NCBI GenBank assembly: GCA_963810935.1
Contig: CAWEPK010000010.1
Coordinates: 32,001 to 96,000, forward strand
DNA length: 64,000 nt
Reading direction: 5' to 3'
Source of the DNA: an uncultured delta proteobacterium
Lineage (GTDB): Bacteria; Desulfobacterota; Syntrophorhabdia; Syntrophorhabdales; WCHB1-27
Shown: positions 38,182 through 49,635 of the stretch, piece after piece
Layout of the letters: each line of letters begins with the position of its first letter
How positions within the stretch are numbered: the first letter of the stretch is position 1
Notes under the pieces: generated by a model
The model's input: the letters and a program-made list of their open reading frames with translations, nothing else
What the model was told of the DNA's origin: nothing
Database searches by the model: none
Program-made: the position numbers and the translations under genes

Positions 38182-39720
38182 CTATCTCAGGTGGTAGGCT
38201 TTTTGGGTGAACAAGCAGATGCAAGCATCGACCACTTCCGCATCATACAGGATCCCTTTGTTGCTCTGCACTTCGAGGAGCGCTACTTCTATGCCCTGCG
38301 CGGGCCTGTAGGGACGATGGGAGGCAATCGCCTCTATGACGTCTGCAACGGTGATGATCCTGGCCTCCAGCAGCACCTCGTCCCCTTTGAGCCCCTGGGG
38401 ATAGCCTGACCCGTCAAGCTTCTCGTGGTGCTGGAGGATGATCTGGGCAATGGGCCAGGGGAACTCGACATCTTTCAGGACATCGTGCCCGGTCTGCGGA
38501 TGGTCCTTGATAAGCTCGAATTCCTTCGCCGACAGCTTTCCCGGCTTGCTGAGGATCTCGGCGGGCACGGATATCTTCCCGATGTCGTGGATGACCCCCG
38601 CCATGCGTATGCCCTCTATTGTGTTGGATGGAAGCTCCATCTCTTCCGCTATGGCGGTGGCAAGGTGCGCCACGCGGTGCTGATGGCCGGCCGTGTAAGG
38701 GTCCCTGGTCTCGACCACGTGCATTATCGCCTCTATCGTACCCCCCATGGCCTTTCTCAGGTTGGCAAGCGTCGCCTCCAGCTTCTCTTCGGCCTGTTTA
38801 CGGTCGGTTACGTCGCGCACCATCGATTGGATGAAGACCTCTTTGCCTACCTCTACGCGGTTGAGGCTCATCTCCGCGTCGAAGGACGTGCCGTCAAGCC
38901 TAGTCAGGCGCCATTCGCAGAACTGCGGGGTACCCGAAAGGGCAAGTCGACCGTCCTGCCTGAACCTCTCCTTCGACGGCGCGCCGTCCGGCTGGACGGG
39001 AGGGCAGAAATCGAGGGGCGACTTCCCGATAATCCATTCCCGCGTACAGCCGAGCATTTCCAGGCCCCTGGTATTGCAATCGACCAACGCGCCTTCCTTA
39101 ATGAGAAATATGGCGTCGTTTGCGTTTTCGAAGAGCATCTTGTATTTCGATTCACTCTCCGCCAGCGCCTCCGTGATGCGCTTCCTCGACAAAGCGAAGG
39201 CAAAAATCTCGCCGACTATCTTGATGAGTGACAGGACGTTCTCCGACCACTTGTTGGCGGACTTGTAGTTTTCGAAGCCGATGAACCCCATCACGGAATA
39301 GCCCGATACAATCGGCATGGCAACGCAGGAGCGGATTCCCGCCGACCGGAGATAGACTTTTTCGTTCTCCGCTTCGGGGGGCATCGCCTCGACGTCCGGT
39401 ATACAGACAACTTCGCAGCCCTTGATCCTCTCATAGAACCACGGCTGCATCTCGGCCGATAGCCGGTTTACTTGGCCGCCCTGCCCGTTTGCGCGCCATT
39501 CATGCGTCTTGTCGAGCACGCCCCCGCTGCCGTCGAATTGAAAAACGCAGCTCCTGTCGACGCCCCCGAACATGCCCACCGCCTTAAGCACGTCGTTGAT
39601 GCCGTCATCGACGTCTTCCGGCGGAAGGCTGATGAAGTTCGTGGATAGCCCGAAAATCATCTTTAACAGGCTTTCCGCGTCTCTGTACTGCTCTGCCGGT
39701 CTGATATCGGCCTCCTTCAA
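38182..39720 (-). CDS. GAF-PAS-HD-GYP cyclic di-GMP phosphodiesterase
   Basis: RDPYTAGH, HDIGK, HHEKLDGSGYP, HRPYR; GAF and PAS N-terminal; start uncertain. Confidence 0.9.
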   Translation of the reverse strand: MKEADIRPAEQYRDAESLLKMIFGLSTNFISLPPEDVDDGINDVLKAVGMFGGVDRSCVFQFDGSGGVLDKTHEWRANGQGGQVNRLSAEMQPWFYERIKGCEVVCIPDVEAMPPEAENEKVYLRSAGIRSCVAMPIVSGYSVMGFIGFENYKSANKWSENVLSLIKIVGEIFAFALSRKRITEALAESESKYKMLFENANDAIFLIKEGALVDCNTRGLEMLGCTREWIIGKSPLDFCPPVQPDGAPSKERFRQDGRLALSGTPQFCEWRLTRLDGTSFDAEMSLNRVEVGKEVFIQSMVRDVTDRKQAEEKLEATLANLRKAMGGTIEAIMHVVETRDPYTAGHQHRVAHLATAIAEEMELPSNTIEGIRMAGVIHDIGKISVPAEILSKPGKLSAKEFELIKDHPQTGHDVLKDVEFPWPIAQIILQHHEKLDGSGYPQGLKGDEVLLEARIITVADVIEAIASHRPYRPAQGIEVALLEVQSNKGILYDAEVVDACICLFTQKAYHLR

Positions 39721-39923
39721 CGCAAAGGGGCACGAGCCGCCTGACTTCCCCCTTATGCCGTGCCGCTTCCTTCGTAGAGATTATCGGCAGAAAATGCGAA
39801 TATTTAAGGCTGCGTGAACTTTTCTGCACATTCTCGGTTAAGTTTCGTTCGAGCATGTTTGACATAGCCCACTCTGCTGGGGTAGTCTTCCAACGCGAGA
39901 AAGGAAATAAAAAGGTAAGTAAC

Positions 39924-40340
39924 ATGGATACACTATCGGCAATACTTCTCGCCGCGCTCAACATTCCCGTTTTTCTCTTGTTTTGCCGGCTTTTCCAGAA
40001 GGTCCTCTTCAGGAAGCACCCCGACTTCTGGCGCTCGCTCCTTGCCTGGAGCTTCGACCCCCACGCCTTCTTCGATAAGGATTCGCGCCACAACCACCTG
40101 GCGGTGCTTTTTCTGTCGCTTTCGGCTGCCTGCTGCGTGCTTCTCGTGCTCGCCGAATACGAGCTTGCTTACAGGTTCGTCGATAGCCTGCGGACCAACA
40201 GACTCCTTCCAGGCGTTGATGAACCTGTAAATGGCTCGACAGGCGGAATAGGCCGCCGGCCGCTTATGAGGGCAGGGGCGGGCTGTACCCGCTCCTCAAC
40301 CGGTGCTATAATATTGCAAATTATCGGCTCTTCTCTTTAG
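39924..40340 (+). CDS. Hypothetical small membrane protein
   Basis: Two hydrophobic segments; C-terminal extent doubtful. Confidence 0.4.
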   Translation: MDTLSAILLAALNIPVFLLFCRLFQKVLFRKHPDFWRSLLAWSFDPHAFFDKDSRHNHLAVLFLSLSAACCVLLVLAEYELAYRFVDSLRTNRLLPGVDEPVNGSTGGIGRRPLMRAGAGCTRSSTGAIILQIIGSSL

Positions 40341-40380
40341 TCTTCACAATTTACACGAGACGAGCGAAAAAGGGGGAGAC

Positions 40381-41368
40381 ATGGGATTTCCCGAATACAG
40401 GCCGAGGCGCCTTCGGAAAAGCGGGAAGCTCCGGGGGCTGATACAGGAAAACGACCTGACGGCGCGTCATTTAGTCTATCCCCTCTTTGTAAAAGAGGGC
40501 GGCCAGGCGCGCACGCCTATTCCGTCCATGCCCGGCATCTGCCAGCTAACTATTGAGGCTGCGCTTCCGGAGATAGAGGAAGCTGCAAGCCTTTCCGTCC
40601 CGGCCGTGCTGCTTTTCGGCATCCCGGACCGCAAGGACGAGATGGGCAGCGGCGCATACGACGAGAACGGCGTGATCCAGAAAGCCGTCAGAGAGATCAA
40701 GGAAAGGTTCGGCGACGATGTGGTCGTCATAACGGACCTTTGCCTGTGCGAATATACCAGCCACGGCCATTGCGGCCCAGTTAAGGACGGCGATGTGGAC
40801 AACGACGAGACGCTGAAGCTCCTCGCCAGGGCAGGAATTGCCCAGGCGGCGGCCGGGGCGGACATCGTCGCTCCGTCCGATATGATGGACGGCAGAGTAA
40901 AGGCGGTAAGAAGCGCCCTCGACGCCTCCGGTTTCTCCCGCGTCCCCATCATGAGCTATGCGGCCAAATACGCCTCCGCCTTCTACGGCCCTTTCCGGGA
41001 CGCGGCCGAATCGACGCCGCAGTTCGGCGACCGCAGGAGCTATCAGATGGACCCGCCGAACCAGCGGGAGGCCTTGCGGGAAATGGAGCTCGACGTTGAA
41101 GAGGGGGCCGACATCATCATGGTAAAGCCCGCCCTCCTATATCTCGACATCCTCGCCCTTGCCAGGCAGCGCATCAACAGGCCGCTCGCCGCCTATTCCG
41201 TGAGCGGGGAATACACGATGATGCAGTGCGCGGCGGCTCAAGGGTTCCTCGACTACAAAAGATCGGTCGTCGAGTCTGAATACGGGCATCAAAAGGGCCG
41301 GCGCGGACATCATTATCACCTATTTTGCCAAGGACCTTGCGCGATGGATGAAAGAAGCTCCCCTCTGA
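40381..41368 (+). CDS. hemB: Porphobilinogen synthase (apparent +1 frameshift near 41278)
   Basis: CLCEYTSHGHC, APSDMMDG, SAFYGPFR, MVKP; the canonical C-terminus IKRAGADIIITYFAKD continues in another frame to TGA 41366-41368. Confidence 0.93.
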
Positions 41369-42375
41369 GAATGGTTGCATGGGAGCTGACGAGGAGCTGC
41401 AACCTCAACTGCATCCACTGCAGGGCGAGGGCAAGCGCAGGGCCTCACGAAGGCGAGCTTTCCCTGGCCGAATGCAGGCGCATCATCGACGACATTGCCT
41501 CGTTTGCATCGCCGACCCTGATTCTTACAGGCGGCGAGCCGCTCCTTCGACCTGATATTTACGACATCGCCGATTATGCGGCATCGAAAGGCATCCGGGC
41601 GGTGATGGCGGTCAACGGCACGCTCGTCGACGACGAGGCGGCGGCACGGCTCAAGAAAGCGGGTATCCTCAGGGTAAGCATGAGCATCGACGGCAAGGAT
41701 GCCGGGGAGCATGACAGGTTCCGCGGCGTCCCGGGTGCATACGATGACGTCATGCGGGCGGCAGAATGCCTGCGAAAGGCGGGCCTGCCTTTCCAGATCA
41801 ACACGACGATCGCCCGCCTCAACGCGAACGACCTGTGGGCCATCTACGACCTGGTGCGGGCGATGGGGGCCGTAGCCTGGCACGTTTTTCTGCTCGTCCC
41901 GGTCGGCAGGGGCGAGGGTTTGAAAGGCGAGGAGCTGAGCGCCGCCATGTATGAAGAGGTGCTGGGCAGGCTGTACGGGCTGGAAGAAGAAGGGCTCATC
42001 GAGATGAAGGTGACGTGCGCGCCGCACTATTACAGGATAGTTAAAGAAAGGGGCGGAACGCCGAAGAGCGCGGGCTGCCTCGCAGGCAAGAGCTTCCTTT
42101 TTATATCGCATAAGGGCATCGCCCAGCCGTGCGGCTACCTGGAGCTCGACTGCGGCAACGTGCGCGCCGACGGGGTAAGGAAGGTCTGGGAGGGCTCGCG
42201 TGAGCTTGCCTCTATCCGCGACCTCAGGCTCTATAAAGGCAAATGCGGGCAGTGCCGGTACCTGCGCATCTGCGGGGGGTGCAGGGCCAGGGCCGCAGAG
42301 CTGAAGGGAGATTTCCTCGAGGCCGAGCCTTACTGCACCTACATCGAGGGAGCGAAAGGAAGGGACAGCGCATGA
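41344..42375 (+). CDS. ahbD: Radical SAM/SPASM heme b synthase AhbD (alternative heme pathway)
   Basis: LRMVAWELTRSCNLNCIHC, TGGEPL, KVTCAPHYYR, SPASM cysteines; adjacent to hemB. Confidence 0.8.
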   Translation: MDERSSPLRMVAWELTRSCNLNCIHCRARASAGPHEGELSLAECRRIIDDIASFASPTLILTGGEPLLRPDIYDIADYAASKGIRAVMAVNGTLVDDEAAARLKKAGILRVSMSIDGKDAGEHDRFRGVPGAYDDVMRAAECLRKAGLPFQINTTIARLNANDLWAIYDLVRAMGAVAWHVFLLVPVGRGEGLKGEELSAAMYEEVLGRLYGLEEEGLIEMKVTCAPHYYRIVKERGGTPKSAGCLAGKSFLFISHKGIAQPCGYLELDCGNVRADGVRKVWEGSRELASIRDLRLYKGKCGQCRYLRICGGCRARAAELKGDFLEAEPYCTYIEGAKGRDSA

Positions 42376-44891
42376 GCCGGATTTTCCTCGTTGACGGCAA
42401 TTCATACGTATACAGGGCCTTTTTCGCAACGCCCTACCTCTCCAACTCCAAAGGGATGCCGACTAACGCTATCTATGCCTTCATCAACATGATGAAGAAG
42501 CTCGTTAACGATCAGAAGCCCGATTACATGATGGTCGTCTGGGACTCGAGGGGGCCATCCTTCCGCGCACAGATATCGGCGGAGTACAAGGCGACAAGGC
42601 CGCCCATGCCGGGGAACCTGAGCCTCCAGTTCCCGTACGTTAAGGCAATAGTCGAAAAAATGGGCATCCCGACGATAGAGAAGGAGGGTTTCGAGGCAGA
42701 CGACGTGATCGCCACGCTGGTGCGGCGCCTCTCGACAGGCGAAGATGCCGAGGTCTACGTAGTGACGAGCGACAAGGACCTTATGCAGCTCGTCGGCGAT
42801 AACGTGACGATAGTCGATACGATGAAGAACGCAGTCATGAAAAGGGCCGAGGTGGCGGAAAAATTCGGCATCGAGCCCTCCTTCATCTCCGATTTCCTGG
42901 CCCTTTCCGGCGACACCTCCGACAATATACCGGGCGTCCCCGGCATAGGCGATAAGACGGCGCGGGAGCTTATCTGCGCCTTCGGGAACATTGACGCCAT
43001 CTATGCGAACCTGGACGAGATAAAGAAACCTTCCGTCCGGCAGAAGCTTTCAGAAAACCGCGACAGGGCGGAGATGAGCAGGCAGCTTGCGACGCTGCGC
43101 TTCGACGCGCCGGTCGACGCCGGACTGGAAGAGATGCGCATGCGGGAGCCGGACCTTGCCGAGCTGCGCCAGTTGTTCAGGGAGCTCGAATTCACGTCGC
43201 TCGCAAAAGAAATCAAGGTTGACGACGAGGCACAGCCGCTCGTACAGGCAGCATCGCTCGGGGACGTGATGGGTGATACACTCTCGCTCGTCGCCCGCAT
43301 CGATGGCCGCTGTCCTTATGACATGAACCTGCAAAACATGGCCGTATCGGACGGCCACAGCGTTTTCTCGTCGCAGCGAACGGAAGACCTTTTTGCAGCG
43401 GTGAACGGGGCAAAACACGTAACCATCCATAACCTTAAGCCCCTCTTCCTCGCTGCAACCCGGGCCGGAATAGACCTTGCCCCCTCGTTTTTCGACACCA
43501 TGCTCGCCGTCTACCTCATAAGCCCGGGCAGGAAGGACTTTGCCATCGACAGCATCCTGAACGAGTTCCTGGGCAGGGAGACGGGCAACGGCGACACCAT
43601 GGCCCGGTCTGCCCTCTACCTCGGTCACCTGAAGGACGCCCTGGTGGAGCAGCTCGATGCCCTGGGGCTGCGCCGCCTGTTCGATGAAATAGAGATGCCC
43701 CTCGTCGAGGTGCTCGCGCGGATGGAATGCTTGGGCGTGCGGGTAGACCGCTCGGCCTTCGCCGCACTCTCCCGCGATTTCGACTCGAGGATCAACACCA
43801 TCGTGAGCCGCATATACGAAGAGGCAGGGGAAACGTTCAACATCAACTCGCCGCAGCAGCTCGTGCGGATCCTTTTCGAAAAGCTCAACCTGCCGGCGCT
43901 CAAGAAGACAAAGAAGTCCCTCTCGACCGACAACGAGGTGCTCCAGGCCCTCTCCAACCTCCATCCGCTGCCTGCGCAAATACTGGAATACCGGTCGCTC
44001 GCAAAACTGAAGGGCACGTATATTGACAGCCTGCCCGGCCTCATCCACGCGTCCACCGGGCGTATCCACGCCTCCTTCAACCAGATGGTCGTGGCAACGG
44101 GCCGCCTGTCTTCGAGCGACCCCAACCTCCAGAACATACCGATAAAGGGGGTGGAGGGCAAAAAGATACGCGAGGCCTTCGTGCCGGAAGACGGGTTTAC
44201 GATCGTCTCGTCCGACTATTCGCAGATCGAGCTGCGTGTCCTTGCGCACGTATCCGGGGACGAGCTGCTGGTCGATGCCTTCAGGAACGACCAGGACATC
44301 CACAGCAGGGTCGCCCAGGAGGTCTTCCAGGTAGGTGCAGAGAACGTCACCGCCTCCATGCGCCGGACTGCGAAGGTGATAAACTTCGGCATCGTTTACG
44401 GCATAAGCGGCTACGGGCTGTCGAAGGAGCTGGGCGTAGGCCCCAGGGAGGCGCAAGCGTATATCGACGCGTATTTCGAGCGCCACCGGGGCATTAAGGC
44501 GTATATCGAGTCTACCCTGGAGGAAGCGCGGGCCACCGGCCTCGTGCGCACGCTATTCGGCAGGATCAGGTATATCCCGGAGCTTTCGAACGCAGATGCG
44601 AACGTCAGGCAGTTCGGGGAAAGGACGGCGGCCAACACGCCGATCCAGGGGACGGCCGCAGATATCATCAAGATGGCGATGGTCTCCATCTATCGGAAAA
44701 TGAAAGATAAAAAACTCCGCTCGCGCCTCATCATGCAGATCCACGACGAGCTTGTCTTCGAAGTCGCCTCCGGCGAGGAAGAAGAGATGGAGGCGCTCAT
44801 CAGGCGCGGGATGGAACACGCGTGCGAGCTTTCAGTGCCGCTTAAGGTGACGGTAGGGAAGGGGCGGAACTGGGCTGAGGCTCACGATTAG
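42372..44891 (+). CDS. polA: DNA polymerase I
   Basis: 5'-3' exonuclease (FEADD, GDTSDNIPGVPGIG) and TGRLSSSDPNLQNIP, DYSQIELR, QIHDEL. Confidence 0.97.
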   Translation: MSRIFLVDGNSYVYRAFFATPYLSNSKGMPTNAIYAFINMMKKLVNDQKPDYMMVVWDSRGPSFRAQISAEYKATRPPMPGNLSLQFPYVKAIVEKMGIPTIEKEGFEADDVIATLVRRLSTGEDAEVYVVTSDKDLMQLVGDNVTIVDTMKNAVMKRAEVAEKFGIEPSFISDFLALSGDTSDNIPGVPGIGDKTARELICAFGNIDAIYANLDEIKKPSVRQKLSENRDRAEMSRQLATLRFDAPVDAGLEEMRMREPDLAELRQLFRELEFTSLAKEIKVDDEAQPLVQAASLGDVMGDTLSLVARIDGRCPYDMNLQNMAVSDGHSVFSSQRTEDLFAAVNGAKHVTIHNLKPLFLAATRAGIDLAPSFFDTMLAVYLISPGRKDFAIDSILNEFLGRETGNGDTMARSALYLGHLKDALVEQLDALGLRRLFDEIEMPLVEVLARMECLGVRVDRSAFAALSRDFDSRINTIVSRIYEEAGETFNINSPQQLVRILFEKLNLPALKKTKKSLSTDNEVLQALSNLHPLPAQILEYRSLAKLKGTYIDSLPGLIHASTGRIHASFNQMVVATGRLSSSDPNLQNIPIKGVEGKKIREAFVPEDGFTIVSSDYSQIELRVLAHVSGDELLVDAFRNDQDIHSRVAQEVFQVGAENVTASMRRTAKVINFGIVYGISGYGLSKELGVGPREAQAYIDAYFERHRGIKAYIESTLEEARATGLVRTLFGRIRYIPELSNADANVRQFGERTAANTPIQGTAADIIKMAMVSIYRKMKDKKLRSRLIMQIHDELVFEVASGEEEEMEALIRRGMEHACELSVPLKVTVGKGRNWAEAHD

Positions 44892-45729
44892 TCCGCTGGA
44901 GCAGGACCGACTGGAGATCGGCGCAGACTATGAAAACGAATACCGAATAGTAGAGCCAGAATAAAAAAGCGATGAACATCCCGTAGGCCCCGAAAACCGC
45001 GGTAAGCTTCACCAGCCGCAGCGCATAGAACTTGAAAAGGTTCTTGCCGGCCCCCCAGAGGAGCGTGGCGAGAAGGGTGGTCGAGAGCATCAGCATCGAC
45101 CGCTTCTTCAGCGGCGTCAGCACATAATACAATAGATAGAACATGGCAAAGATGCATGCCCCGTCTATCGCCATGAACAGATAGGCGAAGAAAGTCCCTT
45201 CCATCGGGTGATGCCTGGCCGAGATCGTTCCAACCACCTTCGTAGCCGTTACGAACATAATTACGGTGACGAAGAAGATAACTGCCTGAAGCAGCGCGAA
45301 GAGCATCGTGAACAAGAACTCTTTCCCCTTTTTCCTGAAGAACCCCTCGACCTTCTTGCCAAAGATGACCTGGAACGACGGAATCAGCATCGAGAAAAGC
45401 TTCGACGTGAAAAAGAAGAGGAAATAGAGCCCCAGAGGTCCGGAAAAGCGCTTCCATATTTCCAGGACGCGTATGTTTTTCGCCATCAGGGCCGTCACCG
45501 TGTCGTTGAAGGGCTCCGGTATCACGTTCGCCGTATAAGAGATAAGGTGCGCGTCGAGGTCCGACAGGTCGACCAGATAGCCCAGTATGGCAATGGAGAG
45601 AAGGGTGAACGGTATGAAGGTAAGGAGGATATAAAAAGCGATGGCCGCAACCATCATCGGCGCGTTGTCGCTTTGATACTTGCGGAAAAGCTCCTTGATT
45701 GTGGTCCAGACCAGCCTGATCCCGTCCAA
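44842..45729 (-). CDS. YihY/virulence factor BrkB-family membrane protein
   Basis: AAIAFY..P N-terminus, FLFWLYYS C-terminus, multiple TM segments. Confidence 0.8.
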   Translation of the reverse strand: MDGIRLVWTTIKELFRKYQSDNAPMMVAAIAFYILLTFIPFTLLSIAILGYLVDLSDLDAHLISYTANVIPEPFNDTVTALMAKNIRVLEIWKRFSGPLGLYFLFFFTSKLFSMLIPSFQVIFGKKVEGFFRKKGKEFLFTMLFALLQAVIFFVTVIMFVTATKVVGTISARHHPMEGTFFAYLFMAIDGACIFAMFYLLYYVLTPLKKRSMLMLSTTLLATLLWGAGKNLFKFYALRLVKLTAVFGAYGMFIAFLFWLYYSVFVFIVCADLQSVLLQRTNREPQPSSAPSLPSP

Positions 45730-45851
45730 GTCTTTATCATAGTGCGTTGCTGACCTGTTTTCAATGCGTTAGCAACGACTCGAGGTTGAAACCCGTTAAA
45801 TTAACCCGGCCCGTATAGAAATGAATAGCCCGCTATGGTAGAATATAAGCC

Positions 45852-48459
45852 ATGATAGGCGATTTCTTAAAGAAAATTGTAGGTACGAAGAACGAGCGCG
45901 AGATAAAGCGCATAGGCCCTGTTATCGACCAGATCAACACGTTCGAAGAACGGATGCGGTCCCTTTCCGACGACGAGCTTAAAGCGGTCACACCCGCCTT
46001 CAAAAAGCGCATTGCCGACGGGGAAACGCTCGACGCCCTCCTCCCGGAGGCCTTTGCCGCGGTAAGGGAGGCGGCGAGGCGGACGGTCAACATGCGCCAC
46101 TTCGACGTCCAGCTCATCGGAGGCGTGGTGCTCCACGAGGGCAAGATCGCGGAAATGGCCACGGGCGAGGGCAAAACCCTTGTGGCCACCCTTCCCGTCT
46201 ACCTCAACGCGCTTTCCGGAGACGGCGTCCACGTCGTAACGGTGAACGACTACCTGGCAAAGCGCGACTCGGAGTGGATGGGGCCGATCTATGCCTTCCT
46301 CGGCATTTCCGTAGGCGTCGTCGTTCACGGCCTCGAGGACGAGGACCGCAAAGAGATGTACGGACGGGACGTCACTTACGGCACGAACAACGAGTTCGGC
46401 TTCGACTATCTCCGGGACAACATGAAATACTCCGTGGAAGAATTCGTCCAGCGCGGGTTCAACTACGCGATAGTCGACGAGGTTGACAGCATACTGATCG
46501 ACGAGGCCAGGACTCCGCTGATTATATCGGGTCCCGCCGAGGAATCGACCGACAAGTACTACAAGATCAACAGGCTCATCTATCAACTGAAGAAAGAGGT
46601 CGACTTTAAGGTCGATGAGAAGGCAAAGAGCGCATACCTGACGGAAGAGGGCGTCGCGAAGATCGAGAAGCTGCTGAAGGTCGATAACCTTTATGACCCG
46701 AAATACGTCGAGTTCCTCCATCACATCAACCAGGCCCTGAAGGCGCACCAGCTCTTCGCGAGGGACGTCGACTACATCGTGAAAGACGGCCAGGTCATCA
46801 TCGTAGACGAGTTCACCGGCAGGCTCATGCCCGGCAGGCGGTTCAGCGACGGCCTCCACCAGGCCTTGGAGGCGAGGGAGAACGTCAAGATCGAGCGCGA
46901 GAACCAGACCCTCGCAACGGTCACGTTCCAGAACTATTTCCGCATGTACAAGAAGCTCGCCGGCATGACGGGCACGGCCGATACCGAGGCGATGGAGTTC
47001 AGGAAGATCTATAACCTGGACGTCATCGTCATCCCCACGAACCGGTCCCTCATAAGGACGAACTACCCGGACGTCGTCTACAGGACGGAGAAGGAGAAGT
47101 TCAAGGCCGTTGTGGGCGAGATCGAAGAGCTCGTATAAGAGAGGAAAGCCCGTGCTCGTCGGCACCTTCTCCATCGACAAATCGGAGAAGCTCGCCGAGA
47201 TGCTTAAGCGCAAGGGCATACCCCATCACGTGCTGAACGCAAAGATTCACGAGCGGGAGGCGGAGATCGTGGCCCAGGCGGGCAGGTACAAGGCCGTCAC
47301 GATATCGACGAACATGGCCGGGAGAGGCACCGATATTCTTCTGGGGGGCAACCCTAATTTTCTGGCGCGCGTGCTTGCGAAAGGCAAGGACGACGAGGAG
47401 TCCAGGCAGGCCGCGCTTGATGAAGCGAAGCGCATCTGCGAAAAAGAAAAAGAACAGGTCATCGCGGAGGGAGGGCTGCACATCCTGGGCACGGAGCGGC
47501 ACGAATCACGCAGGATCGACAACCAGCTCCGCGGCCGCTCCGGCAGGCAGGGCGACCCCGGCTCGTCGCGATTCTATGTCTCCCTCGAAGACGAGATCAT
47601 GCGCATCTTCGGCTCTGACCGGATCTCTCCGATCCTCGGAAAGATGGGGATGGAAGAGGACATGCCCATAGAGCACCGCCTTATCTCGAAGGCCATCGAG
47701 AACGCCCAGACAAGGGTAGAGGCGCACAACTTCGACATCAGGAAGTACCTCCTCGAATATGACAACGTGATGAACAAGCAGCGCGAGACCATCTACGGGA
47801 TGCGCAAGGAGATCATTGAAGACGGCGACATGCGGGAACGCACGGTCGAGCTGGTCGACGAGATCGTCGAAGCCTTCGTGGACGAGTACGCGCCCGAAAA
47901 AGTCTATCCTGAGGAATGGGACATCGAGTCCCTGAAAAACCGCATCTACGAGACGTTTTTCTTCCGCATCGACCTCGGCGCGATAGATTTCAAGTCGATA
48001 ACGAAGGCGGGGCTTCTCGACAAGGTCAAGGCCGCCGTTATGGCCGTGTACGAGGCTAAGGAGAAGGAATTCGGCGAGACGATGCGCAACATCGAGCAGT
48101 ATATCGCCTTAAGCTCGCTTGACGCGCATTGGAAAGAGCACCTCCTTTCCCTCGACCACCTGCGGGAGGGCATCGGCCTGCGCGGTTACGGGCAGAAAGA
48201 CCCCTTGCGGGAGTATCAGAGGGAGAGCTTCGATCTTTTCCTCGATATGCTCGACAGGGTCAACACGGACACGGTGCAGAAGGTCTTCGCCATCCAGCCG
48301 GCGCGGAATGAGGAAGAGATGAAGATGGAAGGACCGGCAATCTTCTTCAACAGGGGCGAAGAGGAAACGCCCATACAGTCGGGGGGCAAGATAGGCAGGA
48401 ACGACCCCTGCCCGTGCGGAAGCGGTAAAAAATACAAAAGGTGCTGCGGCAAGGGGTAA
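45852..48459 (+). CDS. secA: Preprotein translocase SecA (apparent +1 frameshift near 47133)
   Basis: [49 protein letters not shown] motif; split into ORFs 45852-47138 and 47110-48459. Confidence 0.95.
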
Positions 48460-48462
48460 ACC

Positions 48463-49635
48463 GTGATAAAGGGCGTCCAATTCGCAGGCATCGCTTCGGG
48501 TATCAAGGCAGAAGGGCTCGATTTGGGCCTGGTCCGCTTCAGCGCCCCGGTGCCGGTCGCCGCCATCTACACGCGCAACAAGGTCAAGGCCGCGCATATC
48601 CTTTACAACAAAAGTAAGGCCGCCCCTAAAGTCCGGGCGCTCCTTGTGAACAGCGGGTGCGCCAACGCCTGCACCGGCGCGGAAGGGATTAAGGACCTTG
48701 CCTCAATCGCGGCCCGCCTCGCAGACCTTCTGGACATCAAAAAGGAAGAGATACTTTTCGCATCGACGGGCGTCATCGGCAAGCGGCTTCCTGTCGAAAC
48801 GATCAAAACCGCGCTGCCCGGTCTTGTCGCAGGCCTGGGAGAGAAGAACCTCGATACCTTTGCCCGCGCGATAATGACGACCGACACATACCCTAAGATT
48901 GTGGAGGAAATACTGCCGGGCGGCACGCACCAGGTGGCGGGCGTAGCGAAAGGCGCAGGCATGATGAACCCTTTATTTGCCACCATGCTCGCCTTCGTAT
49001 TCACCGATTACCCCATCGAACGCATGCAGCTCAAGCGCATGCTCCCCGGTCTCGGAAAACAGAGCTTCGAGCGCATCAGCGTAGACGGCGACACGAGCAC
49101 GAACGACACGGTCCTGCTCTTCTCGACAGGCGGCACGAACGATGCGGGCAAAAGCCCGGTCACTGCAGGGGGCCGCAAGGCAACGGTTGTGGAGGCCGCG
49201 ATCGGCCGCGTAATGAAGGCCCTCGCCCTACTTGTCGTCAAAGACGGCGAAGGCGCCACGAAGGTCGTCCACCTGACGGTGAAAGGGGCAGGCACCGCTG
49301 CCCTCGCGGAGCGGATCGCAAGGAGGATCGCCGCCTCACCCCTCGTCAAGACTGCGTTTTTCGGGTGCGACCCTAACTGGGGACGCATCATCGCAGCCGC
49401 TGGCGATGCGGGGGTGCCGCTCGACCCCGATAAAGTCGAGATCGCGATCCAGAATGAGGTGCTGGCGCGGCGGGGAGTAGAAGTACCTTTTTCGGAAGAA
49501 AAGATGAAAAAACTGATGGGCGGCCGTGAGATCGAGCTCGTCGTCAACCTGCACAACGGCAGGGCCGCATACGATCTGTACACCTGCGACCTGACCTACG
49601 ACTACATCAAGATAAACGCCTCTTACCGCTCGTAG
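48463..49635 (+). CDS. argJ: Bifunctional ornithine acetyltransferase/N-acetylglutamate synthase
   Basis: ANACTG, STGVIG, KGAGM..ATML, DGDTSTND, DGEGATK, INASYRS. Confidence 0.95.
   Translation: MIKGVQFAGIASGIKAEGLDLGLVRFSAPVPVAAIYTRNKVKAAHILYNKSKAAPKVRALLVNSGCANACTGAEGIKDLASIAARLADLLDIKKEEILFASTGVIGKRLPVETIKTALPGLVAGLGEKNLDTFARAIMTTDTYPKIVEEILPGGTHQVAGVAKGAGMMNPLFATMLAFVFTDYPIERMQLKRMLPGLGKQSFERISVDGDTSTNDTVLLFSTGGTNDAGKSPVTAGGRKATVVEAAIGRVMKALALLVVKDGEGATKVVHLTVKGAGTAALAERIARRIAASPLVKTAFFGCDPNWGRIIAAAGDAGVPLDPDKVEIAIQNEVLARRGVEVPFSEEKMKKLMGGREIELVVNLHNGRAAYDLYTCDLTYDYIKINASYRS

Noticed and set aside
40381..42375. 664-aa HemB-AhbD fusion as a genuine gene
   Set aside because: The canonical HemB C-terminus is intact in another frame and ahbD has its own ATG; a single-base insertion explains it better.
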